Positions 25,201 through 39,800 of a stretch of 64,000 nucleotides of DNA are shown in pieces. Within the stretch, counting starts at the first letter, position 1. Each line of letters starts with the position of its first letter. This DNA comes from Paragordius varius (lineage: Eukaryota; Animalia; Nematomorpha). The stretch covers positions 1,116,001 to 1,180,000 of the forward strand of contig OZ176050.1 in NCBI GenBank assembly GCA_964247055.1. The letters run 5' to 3'. Under the pieces are notes generated by a model. That model had not been told where the DNA came from, ran no database searches, and saw only the letters and a list, made by a program, of their open reading frames with translations. The position numbers and the translations under genes were made by a program.

Positions 25201-28200
25201 AAATAGCATCAATACTCAAGTTAAACTTTGTCCTTAAAAATCGGATATTGGTCACCGGTGAACAAAATTATTTTTTATACATTCTCTTAGTAGGACTACA
25301 TCAAAATATAGAGATAGTTTGGCAAACTTTTTCATAATCGATTTTTACAACGATACTTTAAAAATTAATGTATAAAACTAGTCGCATCAATACTCAAGTT
25401 AAACTTTGTCCTTAAAAATCGGATATTGGTCACCGGTGAACAAAACTATTTTTTATACATTCTCTTAGTAGGACTACATCAAAATATAGAGATAGTTTGG
25501 CAAACTCTTTCATATCCGATTTTTACAACGATACTTTAAAAATTAATGTATAAAACTAGTCGCATCAATACTCATGTTAAACTTTGTCCTTAAAAATCGG
25601 ATATTGGTCACCGGTGAACAAAATTATTTTTTATACATTCTCTTAGTAAGACTACATCGAAATATAGAGATAGTTTGACAAACTTTTTCATATCCGATTT
25701 TTACAACGATACTTTAAAAATTATGGTATTAAACCAGTCGCATCAATACTCAAGTTAAACTTTGTCCTTAAAAATCGGATATTGGTCACCGGTGAACAAA
25801 ATTATTTTATATACATTCTCTTAGTAAGACTACATCAAAATATAGAGATAGTTTGACAAACTCTTTCATATCCGATTTTTACAACAATATTTAAAAATTA
25901 ATGTATAAAACTAGTCGTATCAATAAATCGCATCAATACTCAAGTTAAACTTTGTCCTTAAAAATCGGATATTGGTCACCGGTGAAGAAAATTATTTCTT
26001 ATACATTCTCTTAGTAAGACTACATCAAAATATAGAGATAGTTTGACAAACTATTTCATATCCGATTTTTACAACGATACTTTAGAAATTAATGTATTAA
26101 ACTAGTCGCATCAATACTCAAGTTAAACTTTGTCCTTAAAAATCGGATATTGGTCACCGGTGAACAAAATTATTTTTTATACATTCTCTTAGTAAGACTA
26201 CATCAAAATATAGAGATAGTTTGACAAACTCTTTCATATCCGATTTTTACAACGATACTTTAAAAATTAATGTATAAAACTAGTCGTATCAATAAATCGC
26301 ATCAATACTCAAGTTAACTTTGTCCTTAAAAATCGGATATTGGTCACCGGTGAACAAAATTATTTTTTATACATTCTCTTAGTAGGACTACATCAAAATA
26401 TAGAGATAGTTTCCAAACTTTTTCATGATCGATTTTTACAACGATACTTTAAAAATTAATGTATAAAACTAGTCGCATCAATACTCAAGTTAAACTTTGT
26501 CCTTAAAAATCGGATATTGGTCGCCGGTGAACAAAATTATTTTTTATACATTCTCTTAGTAAGACTACATCAAAATATAGAGATAGTTTGACAAACTCTT
26601 TCATATCCGATTTTTACAACGATACTTTAAAAATTAATGTATAAAACTAGTCGTATCAATAAATCGCATCAATACTCAAGTTAAACTTTGTCCTTAAAAA
26701 TCGGATATTGGTCACCGGTGAACAAAATTATTTTTTATACATTCTCTTAGTAGGACTACATCAAAATATAGAGATAGTTTCCAAACTTTTTCATAATCGA
26801 TTTTTACAACGATACTTTAAAAATTAATGTATAAAACTAGTCGCATCAATACTCAAGTTAAATTTTGTCCTTAAAAATGGGATATTGGTCACCGGTGAAC
26901 AAAACTATTTTTTATACATTCTCTTAGTAAGACTACATCAAAATATAGAGATAGTTTGACAAACTATTTCATATCCGATTTTTACAACGATACTTTAGAA
27001 ATTAATGTATTAAACTAGTCGCATCAATACTCAAGTTAAACTTTGTCCTTAAAAATCGGATATTGGTCACCGGTGAACAAAATTATTTTTTATACATTCT
27101 CTTAGTAAGACTACATCAAAATATAGAGATAGTTTGACAAACTCTTTCATATCCGATTTTTACAACGATACTTTAAAAATTAATGTATAAAACTAGTCGT
27201 ATCAATAAATAGCATCAATACTCAAGTTAAACTTTGTCCTTAAAAATCGGATATTGGTCACCGGTGAACAAAACTATTTTTTATACATTCTCTTAATAGG
27301 ACTACATCAAAATATAGAGATAGTTTGGCAAACTCTTTCATATCCGATTTTTACAACGATACTTTAAAAATTAATGTATAAAACTAGTCGCATTAATACT
27401 CATGTTAAACTTTGTCCTTAAAAATCGGATATTGGTCACCGGTGAACAAAATTATTTTTTATACATTCTCTTAGTAAGACTACATCGAAATATAGAGATA
27501 GTTTGACAAACTTTTTCATATCCGATTTTTACAACGATACTTTAAAAATTATGGTATTAAACCAGTCGCATCAATACTCAAGTTAAACTTTGTCCTTAAA
27601 AATCGGATATTGGTCACCGGTGAACAAAATTATTTTATATACATTCTCTTAGTAAGACTACATCAAAATATAGAGATAGTTTGACAAACTCTTTCATATC
27701 CGATTTTTACAACGATACTTTAAAAATTAATGTATAAAACTAGTCGCATCAATACTCAAGCTAAACATTGTCCTTAAAAATCATATATTGGTCACCGGTG
27801 AACAAAATTATTTTTTATACATTCTCTTAGTAAGACTACATCAAAATATAGAGATAGTTTGACAAACTTTTTCATATCCGATTTTTTCAACGATACTTTA
27901 AAAATTATGGTATTAAACCAGTCGCATCAATACTCAAGTTAAACATTGTCCTTAAAAATCGGATATTGGTCACCGGTAAAAAAAATTATTTTATATACAT
28001 TCTCTTAGTAAGACTACATCAAAATATAGAGATAGTTAGACAAACTCTTTCATATCCGATTTTTACAACGATATTTAAAAATTAATGTATAAAACTAGTC
28101 GTATCAATAAATCGCATCAATACTCAAGTTAAACTTTGTCCTTAAAAATCGGATATTGGTCACCGGTGAAGAAAATTATTTCTTATACATTCTCTTAGTA

Positions 28201-28212
28201 AGACTACATCAA

Positions 28213-29258
28213 AATATAGAGATAGTTTGACAAACTCTTTCATATCCGATTTTTACAACGATACTTTAAAAAAATGTATTAAACTAATCGCATCAATACT
28301 CAAGTTAAACTTTGTCCTTAAAAATCGGATATTGGTCACCGGTGAACAAAATTATTTTTTATACATTCTCTTAGTAAGACTACATGAAAATATAGAGATA
28401 GTTTGACAAATTCATTCATATCCGATTTTTACAACGATACTTTAAAAATTATTAAAACTAGTCGCATCAATAATCAAGTTAAACTTTGTCCTTAAAAATC
28501 GAATATACCGGTGAACAAAATTATTTTTTATACATTCTCTTAGTAGGACTACATCAAAATATAGAGATAGTTTGACAAACTCTTTCATATCCGATTTTTA
28601 CAACGATACTTTAAAAATTAATGTATTAAACTAGTCGCATCAATACTGAAGCTAAACATTGTCCTTAAAAATCGGATATTGGTCACCGGTGACCAAAACT
28701 ATTTTTTATACATTCTCTTAGTAAGACTACATCAATATATAGAAATAGTTTGACAAACTCTTTCATATCCGATTTTTACAACGATACTTTAAAAAAATGT
28801 ATTAAACTAATCGCATCAATACTCAAGTTAAACTTTGTCCTTAAAAATCGGATATTGGTCACCGGTGAACAAAATTATTTTTTATACATTCTCTTAGTAA
28901 GACTACATGAAAATATAGAGATAGTTTGACAAATTCATTCATATCCGATTTTTACAACGATACTTTAAAAATTATTAAAACTAGTCGCATCAATAATCAA
29001 GTTAAACTTTGTCCTTAAAAATCGAATATACCGGTGAACAAAATTATTTTTTATACATTCTCTTAGTAGGACTACATCAAAATATAGAGATAGTTTGACA
29101 AACTCTTTCATATCCGATTTTTACAACGATACTTTAAAAATTAATGTATTAAACTAGTCGCATCAATACTGAAGCTAAACATTGTCCTTAAAAATCGGAT
29201 ATTGGTCACCGGTGACCAAAACTATTTTTTATACATTCTCTTAGTAAGACTACATCAA
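28213..29258 (+). repeat. Tandem duplication of a 3-monomer unit (523 bp x2) at the domain boundary
   Basis: ATACTTTAAAAAAATGT (28261/28784), TACATGAAAA, AATTCATTCATA, AATAATCAAG and TACTGAAGC each occur twice, about 523 bp apart. Confidence 0.88.
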
Positions 29259-32200
29259 TATATAGAAATAGTTTGACAAACTCTTTCATATCCGATTTTT
29301 ACAACGATACTTTAAAAATTATTAAAACTAGTCGTATCAATACTCAAGTTAAACTTTGCCCTTAAAAATCGAATATACCGGTGAACAAAATTATTTTATA
29401 TACATTCTCTTAGTAAGACTACATCAAAATATAGAGATAGTTTGACAAACTCTTTCATATCCGATTTTTACAACGATATTTAAAAATTAATGTATATAAC
29501 TAGTCGTATCAATAAATCGCATCAATACTCAAGTTAAACTTTGTCCTTAAAAATCGGATATTGGTCACCGGTGAACAAAATTATTTTTTATACATTCTCT
29601 TAGTAGGACTACATCAAAATATAGAGATAGTATGGCAAACTTTTTGATAATCGATTTTTACAACGATACTTTAAAAATTAATGTATAAAACTAGTTGCAT
29701 CAATACTCAAGTTAAACTTTGTCCTTAAAAATCGGATATTGGTCACCGGTGAACAAAATTTTTTTTATACATTCTCTTAGTAAGACTACATCAAAATATA
29801 GTAGTTTGATGAACTCTTTCATATCCGATTTTTACAACGATACTATTAAAATTAATGTATTAAACTAGTCGCATCAATACTCAAGCTAAACATTGTCCTT
29901 AAAAATCGGATATTGGTCACCGGTGAACAAAACTATTTTTTATACATTCTCTTAGTAAGACTACATCAAAATATAGAGATAGTTTGACAAACTCTTTCAT
30001 ATCCGATTTTTACAACGATACTTTAAAAATTAATGTATTAAACTAGTCGCATCAATACTCAAGCTAAACATTGTCCTTAAAAATCGGATATTGGTCACCG
30101 GTGACCAAAACTATTTTTTATACATTCTCTTAGTAAGACTCAATATATAGAAATAGTTTGACAAACTCTTTCATATCCGATTTTTACAACGATACTTTAA
30201 AAATTATTAAAACTAGTCGTATCAATACTCAAGTTAAACTTTGCCCTTAAAAATCGAATTTACCGGTGAACAAAATTATTTTATATACATTCTCTTAGTA
30301 AGACTACATCAAAATATAGAGATAGTTTGACAAACTCTTTCATATCCGATTTTTACAACGATATTTAAAAATTAATGTATATAACTAGTCGTATCAATAA
30401 ATCGCATCAATACTCAAGTTAAACTTTGTCCTTAAAAATCGGATATTGGTCACCGGTGAACAAAATTATTTTTTATACATTTTCTTAGTAGGACTACATC
30501 AAAATATAGAGATAGTATGGCAAACTTTTTTATAATCGATTTTTACAACGATACTTTAAAAATTAATGTATAAAACTAGTTGCATCAATACTCAAATTAA
30601 ACTTTGTCCTTAAAAATCGGATATTGGTCACCGGTGAACAAATTTTTTTTTATACATTCTCTTAGTAAGACTACATCAAAATATAGTAGTTTGATAAACT
30701 CTTTCATATCCGATTTTTACAACGATACTATTAAAATTAATGTATTAAACTAGTCGCATCAATACTCAAGCTAAACATTGTCCTTAAAAATCGGATATTG
30801 GTCACCGGTGAACAAAACTATTTTTTATACATTCTCTTAGTAAGACTACATCAAAATATAGAGATAGTTTGACAAACTCTTTCATATCCGATTTTTACAA
30901 CGATACTTTAAAAATTAATGTATTAAACTAGTCGCATCAATACTCAAGCTAAACATTGTCCTTAAAAATCGGATATTGGTCACCGGTGACCAAAACTATT
31001 TTTTATACATTCTCTTAGTAAGACTACATCAATATATAGAAATAGTTTGACAAACTCTTTCATATCCGATTTTTACAACGATACTTTAAAAATTATTAAA
31101 ACTAGTCGTATCAATACTCAAGTTAAACTTTGCCCTTAAAAATCGAATATACCGGTGAACAAAATTATTTTATATACATTCTCTTAGTAAGACTACATCA
31201 AAATATAGAGATAGTTTGACAAACTCTTTCATATCCGATTTTTACAACGATATTTAAAAATTAATGTATATAACTAGTCGTATCAATAAATCGCATCAAT
31301 ACTCAAGTTAAACTTTGTCCTTAAAAATCGGATATTGGTCACCGGTGAACAAAATTATTTTTTATACATTCTCTTAGTAGGACTACATCAAAATATAGAG
31401 ATAGTATGGCAAACTTTTTGATAATCGATTTTTACAACGATACTTTAAAAATTAATGTATAAAACTAGTTGCATCAATACTCAAGTTAAACTTTGTCCTT
31501 AAAAATCGGATATTGGTCACCGGTGAACAAAATTTTTTTTATACATTCTCTTAGTAAGACTACATCAAAATATAGTAGTTTGATGAACTCTTTCATATCC
31601 GATTTTTACAACGATACTATTAAAATTAATGTATTAAACTAGTCGCATCTATACTCAAGCTAAACATTGTCCTTAAAAATCGGATATTGGTCACCGGTGA
31701 ACAAAACTATTTTTTATACATTCTCTTAGTAAGACTACATCAAAATATAGAGATAGTTTGACAAACTCTTTCATATCCGATTTTTACAACGATACTTTAA
31801 AAATTAATGTATTAAACTAGTCGCATCAATACTCAAGTTAAACTTTGTCCTTAAAAATCGGATATTGGTCACCGGTGAACAAAATTATTTATACATTCTC
31901 TTAGTAAGACTACATCAAAATATAGAGATAGTTTGACAAACTCTTTCATATCCGATTTTTACAACGATACTTTAAAAATTATGGTATTAAACCAGTCGCA
32001 TCAATACTCAAGTTAAACTTTGTCCTTAAAAATCGGATATTGGTCACAGGTGAACAAAATTTTTTTTTATACATTCTCTTAGTAAGACTACATCAAAATA
32101 TAGAGATAGTTTGACAAACTCTTTCATATCCGATTTTTACAACGATACTTTAAAAAATGTATTAAACTAGTCGCATCAATACTCAAGCTAAACATTGTCC

Positions 32201-35200
32201 TTAAAAATCGGATATTGGTCACCGGTGACCAAAACTATTTTTTATACATTCTCTTAGTAAGACTCAATATATAGAAATAGTTTGACAAACTCTTTCATAT
32301 CCGATTTTTACAACGATACTTTAAAAATTATTAAAACTAGTCGTATCAATACTCAAGTTAAACTTTGCCCTTAAAAATCGAATTTACCGGTGAACAAAAT
32401 TATTTTATATACATTCTCTTAGTAAGACTACATCAAAATATAGAGATAGTTTGACAAACTCTTTCATATCCGATTTTTACAACGATATTTAAAAATTAAT
32501 GTATATAACTAGTCGTATCAATAAATCGCATCAATACTCAAGTTAAACTTTGTCCTTAAAAATCGGATATTGGTCACCGGTGAACAAAATTATTTTTTAT
32601 ACATTTTCTTAGTAGGACTACATCAAAATATAGAGATAGTATGGCAAACTTTTTCATAATCGATTTTTACAACGATACTTTAAAAATTAATGTATAAAAC
32701 TAGTTGCATCAATACTCAAGTTAAACTTTGTCCTTAAAAATCGGATATTGGTCACCGGTGAACAATTTTTTTTTTATACATTCTCTTAGTAAGACTACAT
32801 CAAAATATAGTAGTTTGATAAACTCTTTCATATCCGATTTTTACAACGATACTATTAAAATTAATGTATTAAACTAGTCGCATCAATACTCAAGCTAAAC
32901 ATTGTCCTTAAAAATCGGATATTGGTCACCGGTGAACAAAACTATTTTTTATACATTCTCTTAGTAAGACTACATCAAAATATAGAGATAGTTTGACAAA
33001 CTCTTTCATATCCGATTTTTACAACGATACTTTAAAAATTAATGTATTAAACTAGTCGCATCAATACTCAAGCTAAACATTGTCCTTAAAAATCGGATAT
33101 TGGTCACCGGTGAACAAAATTTTTTTTATACATTCTCTTAGTAAGACTACATATATATAGTAGTTTGATGAACTCTTTCATATCCGATTTTTACAACGAT
33201 ACTATTAAAATTAATGTATTAAACTAGTCGCATCAATACTCAAGCTAAACATTGTCCTTAAAAATCGGATATTGGTCACCGGTGAACAAAACTATTTTTT
33301 ATACATTCTCTTAGTAAGACTACATCAAAATATATAGATAGTTTGACAAACTCTTTCATATCCGATTTTTACAACGATACTTTAAAAATTAATGTATTAA
33401 ACTAGTCGCATCAATACTCAAGTTAAACTTTGTCCTTAAAAATCGGATATTGGTCACCGGTGAACAAAATTATTTATACATTCTCTTAGTAAGACTACAT
33501 CAAAATATAGAGATAGTTTGACAAACTCTTTCATATCCGATTTTTACAACGATACTTTAAAAATTATGGTATTAAACCAGTCGCATCAATACTCAAGTTA
33601 AACTTTGTCCTTAAAAATCGGATATTGGTCACAGGTGAACAAAATTTTTTTTTATACATTCTCTTAGTAAGACTACATCAAAATATAGAGATAGTTTGAC
33701 AAACTCTTTCATATCCGATTTTTACAACGATACTTTAAAAATTAATGTATTAAACTAGTCGCATCAATACTCAAGCTAAACATTGTCCTTAAAAATCGGA
33801 TATTGGTCACCGGTGACCAAAACTATTTTTTATACATTCTCTTAGTAAGACTCAATATATAGAAATAGTTTGACAAACTCTTTCATATCCGATTTTTACA
33901 ACGATACTTTAAAAATTATTAAAACTAGTCGTATCAATACTCAAGTTAAACTTTGCCCTTAATAATCGAATTTACCGGTGAACAAAATTATTTTATATAC
34001 ATTCTCTTAGTAAGACTACATCAAAATATAGAGATAGTTTGACAAACTCTTTCATATCCGATTTTTACAACGATATTTAAAAATTAATGTATATAACTAG
34101 TCGTATCAATAAATCGCATCAATACTCAAGTTAAACTTTGTCCTTAAAAATCGGATATTGGTCACCGGTGAACAAAATTATTTTTTATACATTTTCTTAG
34201 TAGGACTACATCAAAATATAGAGATAGTATGGCAAACTTTTTCATAATCGATTTTTACAACGATACTTTAAAAATTAATGTATAAAACTAGTTGCATCAA
34301 TACTCAAGTTAAACTTTGTCCTTAAAAATCGGATATTGGTCACCGGTGAACAAATTTTTTTTTATACATTCTCTTAGTAAGACTACATCAAAATATAGTA
34401 GTTTGATAAACTCTTTCATATCCGATTTTTACAACGATACTATTAAAATTAATGTATTAAACTAGTCGCATCAATACTCAAGCTAAACATTGTCCTTAAA
34501 AATCGGATATTGGTCACCGGTGAACAAAACTATTTTTTATACATTCTCTTAGTAAGACTACATCAAAATATAGAGATAGTTTGACAAACTCTTTCATATC
34601 CGATTTTTACAACGATACTTTAAAAATTAATGTATTAAACTAGTCGCATCAATACTCAAGCTAAACATTGTCCTTAAAAATCGGATATTGGTCACCGGTG
34701 ACCAAAACTATTTTTTATACATTCTCTTAGTAAGACTACATCAATATATAGAAATAGTTTGACAAACTCTTTCATATCCGATTTTTACAACGATACTTTA
34801 AAAATTATTAAAACTAGTCGTATCAATACTCAAGTTAAACTTTGCCCTTAAAAATCGAATATACCGGTGAACAAAATTATTTTATATACATTCTCTTAGT
34901 AAGACTACATCAAAATATAGAGATAGTTTGACAAACTCTTTCATATCCGATTTTTACAACGATATTTAAAAATTAATGTATATAACTAGTCGTATCAATA
35001 AATCGCATCAATACTCAAGTTAAACTTTGTCCTTAAAAATCGGATATTGGTCACCGGTGAACAAAATTATTTTTTATACATTCTCTTAGTAGGACTACAT
35101 CAAAATATAGAGATAGTATGGCAAACTTTTTGATAATCGATTTTTACAACGATACTTTAAAAATTAATGTATAAAACTAGTTGCATCAATACTCAAGTTA

Positions 35201-36800
35201 AACTTTGTCCTTAAAAATCGGATATTGGTCACCGGTGAACAAAATTTTTTTTATACATTCTCTTAGTAAGACTACATCAAAATATAGTAGTTTGATGAAC
35301 TCTTTCATATCCGATTTTTACAACGATACTATTAAAATTAATGTATTAAACTAGTCGCATCAATACTCAAGCTAAACATTGTCCTTAAAAATCGGATATT
35401 GGTCACCGGTGAACAAAACTATTTTTTATACATTCTCTTAGTAAGACTACATCAAAATATAGAGATAGTTTGACAAACTCTTTCATATCCGATTTTTACA
35501 ACGATACTTTAAAAATTAATGTATTAAACTAGTCGCATCAATACTCAAGTTAAACTTTGTCCTTAAAAATCGGATATTGGTCACCGGTGAACAAAATTAT
35601 TTTTTATACATTCTCTTAGTAAGACTACATCAAAATATAGAGATAGTTTGACAAACTCTTTCATATCTGATTTTTACAACGATACTTTAAAAATTATGGT
35701 ATTAAACCAGTCGCATCAATACTCAAGTTAAACTTTGTCCTTAAAAATCGGATATTGGTCACAGGTGAACAAAATTTTTTTTTATACATTCTCTTAGTAA
35801 GACTACATCAAAATATAGAGATAGTTTGACAAACTCTTTCATATCCGATTTTTACAACGATACTTTAAAAATTAATGTATTAAACTAGTCGCATCAATAC
35901 TCAAGCTAAACATTGTCCTTAAAAATCGGATATTGGTCACCGGTGACCAAAACTATTTTTTATACATTCTCTTAGTAAGACTCAATATATAGAAATAGTT
36001 TGACAAACTCTTTCATATCCGATTTTTACAACGATACTTTAAAAATTAATGTATTAAACTAGTCGCATCAATACTCAAGCTAAACATTGTCCTTAAAAAT
36101 CGGATATTGGTCACCGGTGACCAAAACTATTTTTTATACATTCTCTTAGTAAGACTACATCAATATATAGAAATAGTTTGACAAACTCTTTCATATCCGA
36201 TTTTTACAACGATACTTTAAAAATTATTAAAACTAGTCGTATCAATACTCAAGTTAAACTTTGCCCTTAAAAATCGAATATACCGGTGAACAAAATTATT
36301 TTATATACATTCTCTTAGTAAGACTACATCAAAATATAGAGATAGTTTGACAAACTCTTTCATATCCGATTTTTACAACGATATTTAAAAATTAATGTAT
36401 ATAACTAGTCGTATCAATAAATCGCATCAATACTCAAGTTAAACTTTGTCCTTAAAAATCGGATATTGGTCACCGGTGAACAAAATTATTTTTTATACAT
36501 TCTCTTAGTAGGACTACATCAAAATATAGAGATAGTATGGCAAACTTTTTCATAATCGATTTTTACAACGATACTTTAAAAATTAATGTATAAAACTAGT
36601 TGCATCAATACTCAAGTTAAACTTTGTCCTTAAAAATCGGATATTCATCACCGGTGCACAAATTTTTTTTTTATACATTCTCTTAGTAAGACTACATCAA
36701 AATATAGTAGTTTGATAAACTCTTTCATATCCGATTTTTACAACGATACTATTAAAATTAATGTATTAAACTAGTCGCATCAATACTCAAGCTAAACATT
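29259..36800 (+). repeat. Block dominated by a 5-monomer HOR (~885-889 bp), with 7-, 8- and 9-monomer variants
   Basis: The TAGTATGGC marker lies at 29631, 30516, 31405, 32640, 34228, 35117 and 36536 (spacings 885, 889, 1235, 1588, 889, 1419). It travels with ATATAGTAGTTTGAT, GATACTATTAAAA, AATTATTAAAAC, TTTGCCCTT, AATCGAATATACCGG and ATGTATATAAC. Confidence 0.87.
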
Positions 36801-39800
36801 GTCCTTAAAAATCGGATATTGGTCACCGGTGAACAAAACTATTTTTTATACATTCTCTTAGTAAGACTACATCAAAATATAGAGATAGTTTGACAAACTC
36901 TTTCATATCCGATTTTTACAACGATACTTTAAAAATTAATGTCTTAAACTAGTCGCATCAATACTCAAGTTAAACTTTGTCCTTAAAAATCGGATATTGG
37001 TCACCGGTGAACAAAATTATTTTTTATACATTCTCTTAGTAAGACTACATCAAAATATAGAGATAGTTTGACAAACTCTTTCATATCCGATTTTTACAAC
37101 GATACTTTAAAAATTATGGTATTAAACCAGTCGCATCAATACTCAAGTTAAACTTTGTCCTTAAAAATCGGATATTGGTCACCGGTGAACAATATTATTT
37201 TTTATACATTCTCTTAGTAAGACTACATCAAAATATAGAGATAGTTTGACCTCTTTCATATCCGATTTTTACAACATACTTTAAAAATTAATGTATAAAA
37301 CTAGTCGCATCAATACTCAAGTTAAACTTTGTCCTTAAAAATCGGATATTGGTCACCGGTGAACAAAATTATTTTTTATACATTCTCTTAGTAAGACTAC
37401 ATCAAAATATAGAGATAGTTTGACAAACTCTTTCATATCCGATTTTTACAACGATACTTTAAAAATTATGGTATTAAACCAGTCGCATCAATACCCAAGT
37501 TAAACTTTGTCCTTAAAAATCGGATATTGGTCACCGGTGAACAATATTATTTTTTATACATTCTCTTAGTAAGACTACATCAAAATATAGAGATAGTTTG
37601 ACCTCTTTCATATCCGATTTTTACAACATACTTTAAAAATTAATGTATAAAACTAGTCGCATCAATACTCAAGTTAAATTTGTCCTTAAAAATGGGATAT
37701 TGGTCAGCGGTGAAGAAAATAATTTTTTATACATTCTCTTAGTAAGACTACATCAAAATATAGAGATAGTTTAACAAACTTTTTCATATCCGATTTTTAC
37801 AACGATACTTTAAAAATTATGGTATTAAACTAATCGCATCAATACTCAAGTTAAACTTTGTCCTTAAAAACGGATATTGGTCACCGGTGAACAAAATTAT
37901 TTTTTATACATTCTCTTAGTAAGACTACATCAAAATATAGAGATAGTTTGACAAACTCTTTCATATCCGATTTTTACAACGATACTTTAAAAATTAATGT
38001 ATAAAACTAGTCGTATCAATAAATCGCATCAATACTCAAGTTAAACTTTGTCCTTAAAAATCGGATATTGGTCACCGGTGAACAAAATTATTTTTTATAC
38101 ATTCTCTTAGTAAGACTACATCAAAATATAGAGATAGTTTAACAAACTTTTTCATATCCGATTTTTACAACGATACATTAAAAATTATGGTATTAAACCA
38201 GTCGCATCAATACTCAAGTTAAACTTTGTCCTTAAAAATCGGATATTGGTCACCGGTGAACAAAATTATTTTATATACATTCTTTTAGTAAGACTACAAC
38301 AAAATATAGAGAGAGTTCAAACTCTTTCATATCCGATTTTTACAACGATACTTTAAAAATTAATGTATAAAACTAGTCGCATCAATACTCAAGCTAAACA
38401 TTGTCCTTAAAAATCGGATATTGGTCACCGGTGAACAAAATTATTTTTTATACATTCTCTTAGTAAGACTACATCAAAATATAGAGATAGTTTGACAAAC
38501 TTTTTCATATCCGATTTTTACAACGATACTTTAAAAATTATGGTATTAAACCAGTCGCATCAATACTCAAGTTAAACTTTGTCCTTAAAAATCGGATATT
38601 GGTCACCGGTGAACAAAATTATTTTATATACATTCTTTTAGTAAGACTACAACAAAATATAGAGAGAGTTCAAACTCTTTCATATCCGATTTTTACAACG
38701 ATACTTTAAAAATTAATGTATAAAACTTGTCGCATCAATACTCAAGCTAAACATTTTCCTTAAAAATCGGATATTGGTCACCTGTGAACAAAATTATTTT
38801 TTATAGATTCTCTTAGTAAGACTACATCAAAATATAGAGATAGTTTGACAAACTTTTTCATATCCGATTTTTACAACGATACTTTAAAAATTATGGTGTT
38901 AAACCAGTCGCATCAATACTCAAGTTAAACTTTGTCCTTAAAAATCGGAAATTGGTCACCGGTGAACAAAATTATTTTATATACATTCTCTTAGTAAGAC
39001 TACATCAAAATATAGAGATAGTTTGACAAACTCTTTCATATCCGATTTTTACAACGATACTTTAAAAATTAATGTATTAAACTAGTCGCATCAATACTCA
39101 AGTTAAACTTTATCCTTAAAAATCAGATATTGGTCACCGGTGAACAAAATTATTTTTTATACATTCTCTTAGTAAGACTACATCAAAATATAGAGATAGT
39201 TTGACAAACTTTTTCATATCCGATTTTTACAACGATACTTTAAAAATTATGGTATTAAACCAGTCGCATCAATACTCAAGTTAAACTTTGTCCTTAAAAA
39301 TCGGATATTGGTCACCGGTGAACAAAATTATTTTATATACATTCTCTTAGTAAGACTACATCAAAATATAGAGATAGTTTGACAAACTCTTTCATATCCG
39401 ATTTTTACAACGATACTTTAAAAATTAATGTATTAAACTAGTCGCATCAATACTCAAGTTAAACTTTATCCTTAAAAATCAGATATTGGTCACCGGTGAA
39501 CAAAATAATTTTTTATACATTCTCTTAGTAAGACTACATATAAAAATATAGAGATAGTTTGACAAACTCTTTCATATCCGATTTTTACAACGATACTTTA
39601 AAAATTAATGTATTAAACTAGTCGCATCAATACTCAAGCTAAACATTGTCCTTAAAAATCGGATATTGGTCACCGGTGACCAAAACTATTTTTTATACAT
39701 TCTCTTAGTAAGACTACATCAATATATAGAAATAGTTTGACAAACTCTTTCATATCCGATTTTTACAACGATACTTTAAAAATTATTAAAACTAGTCGTA

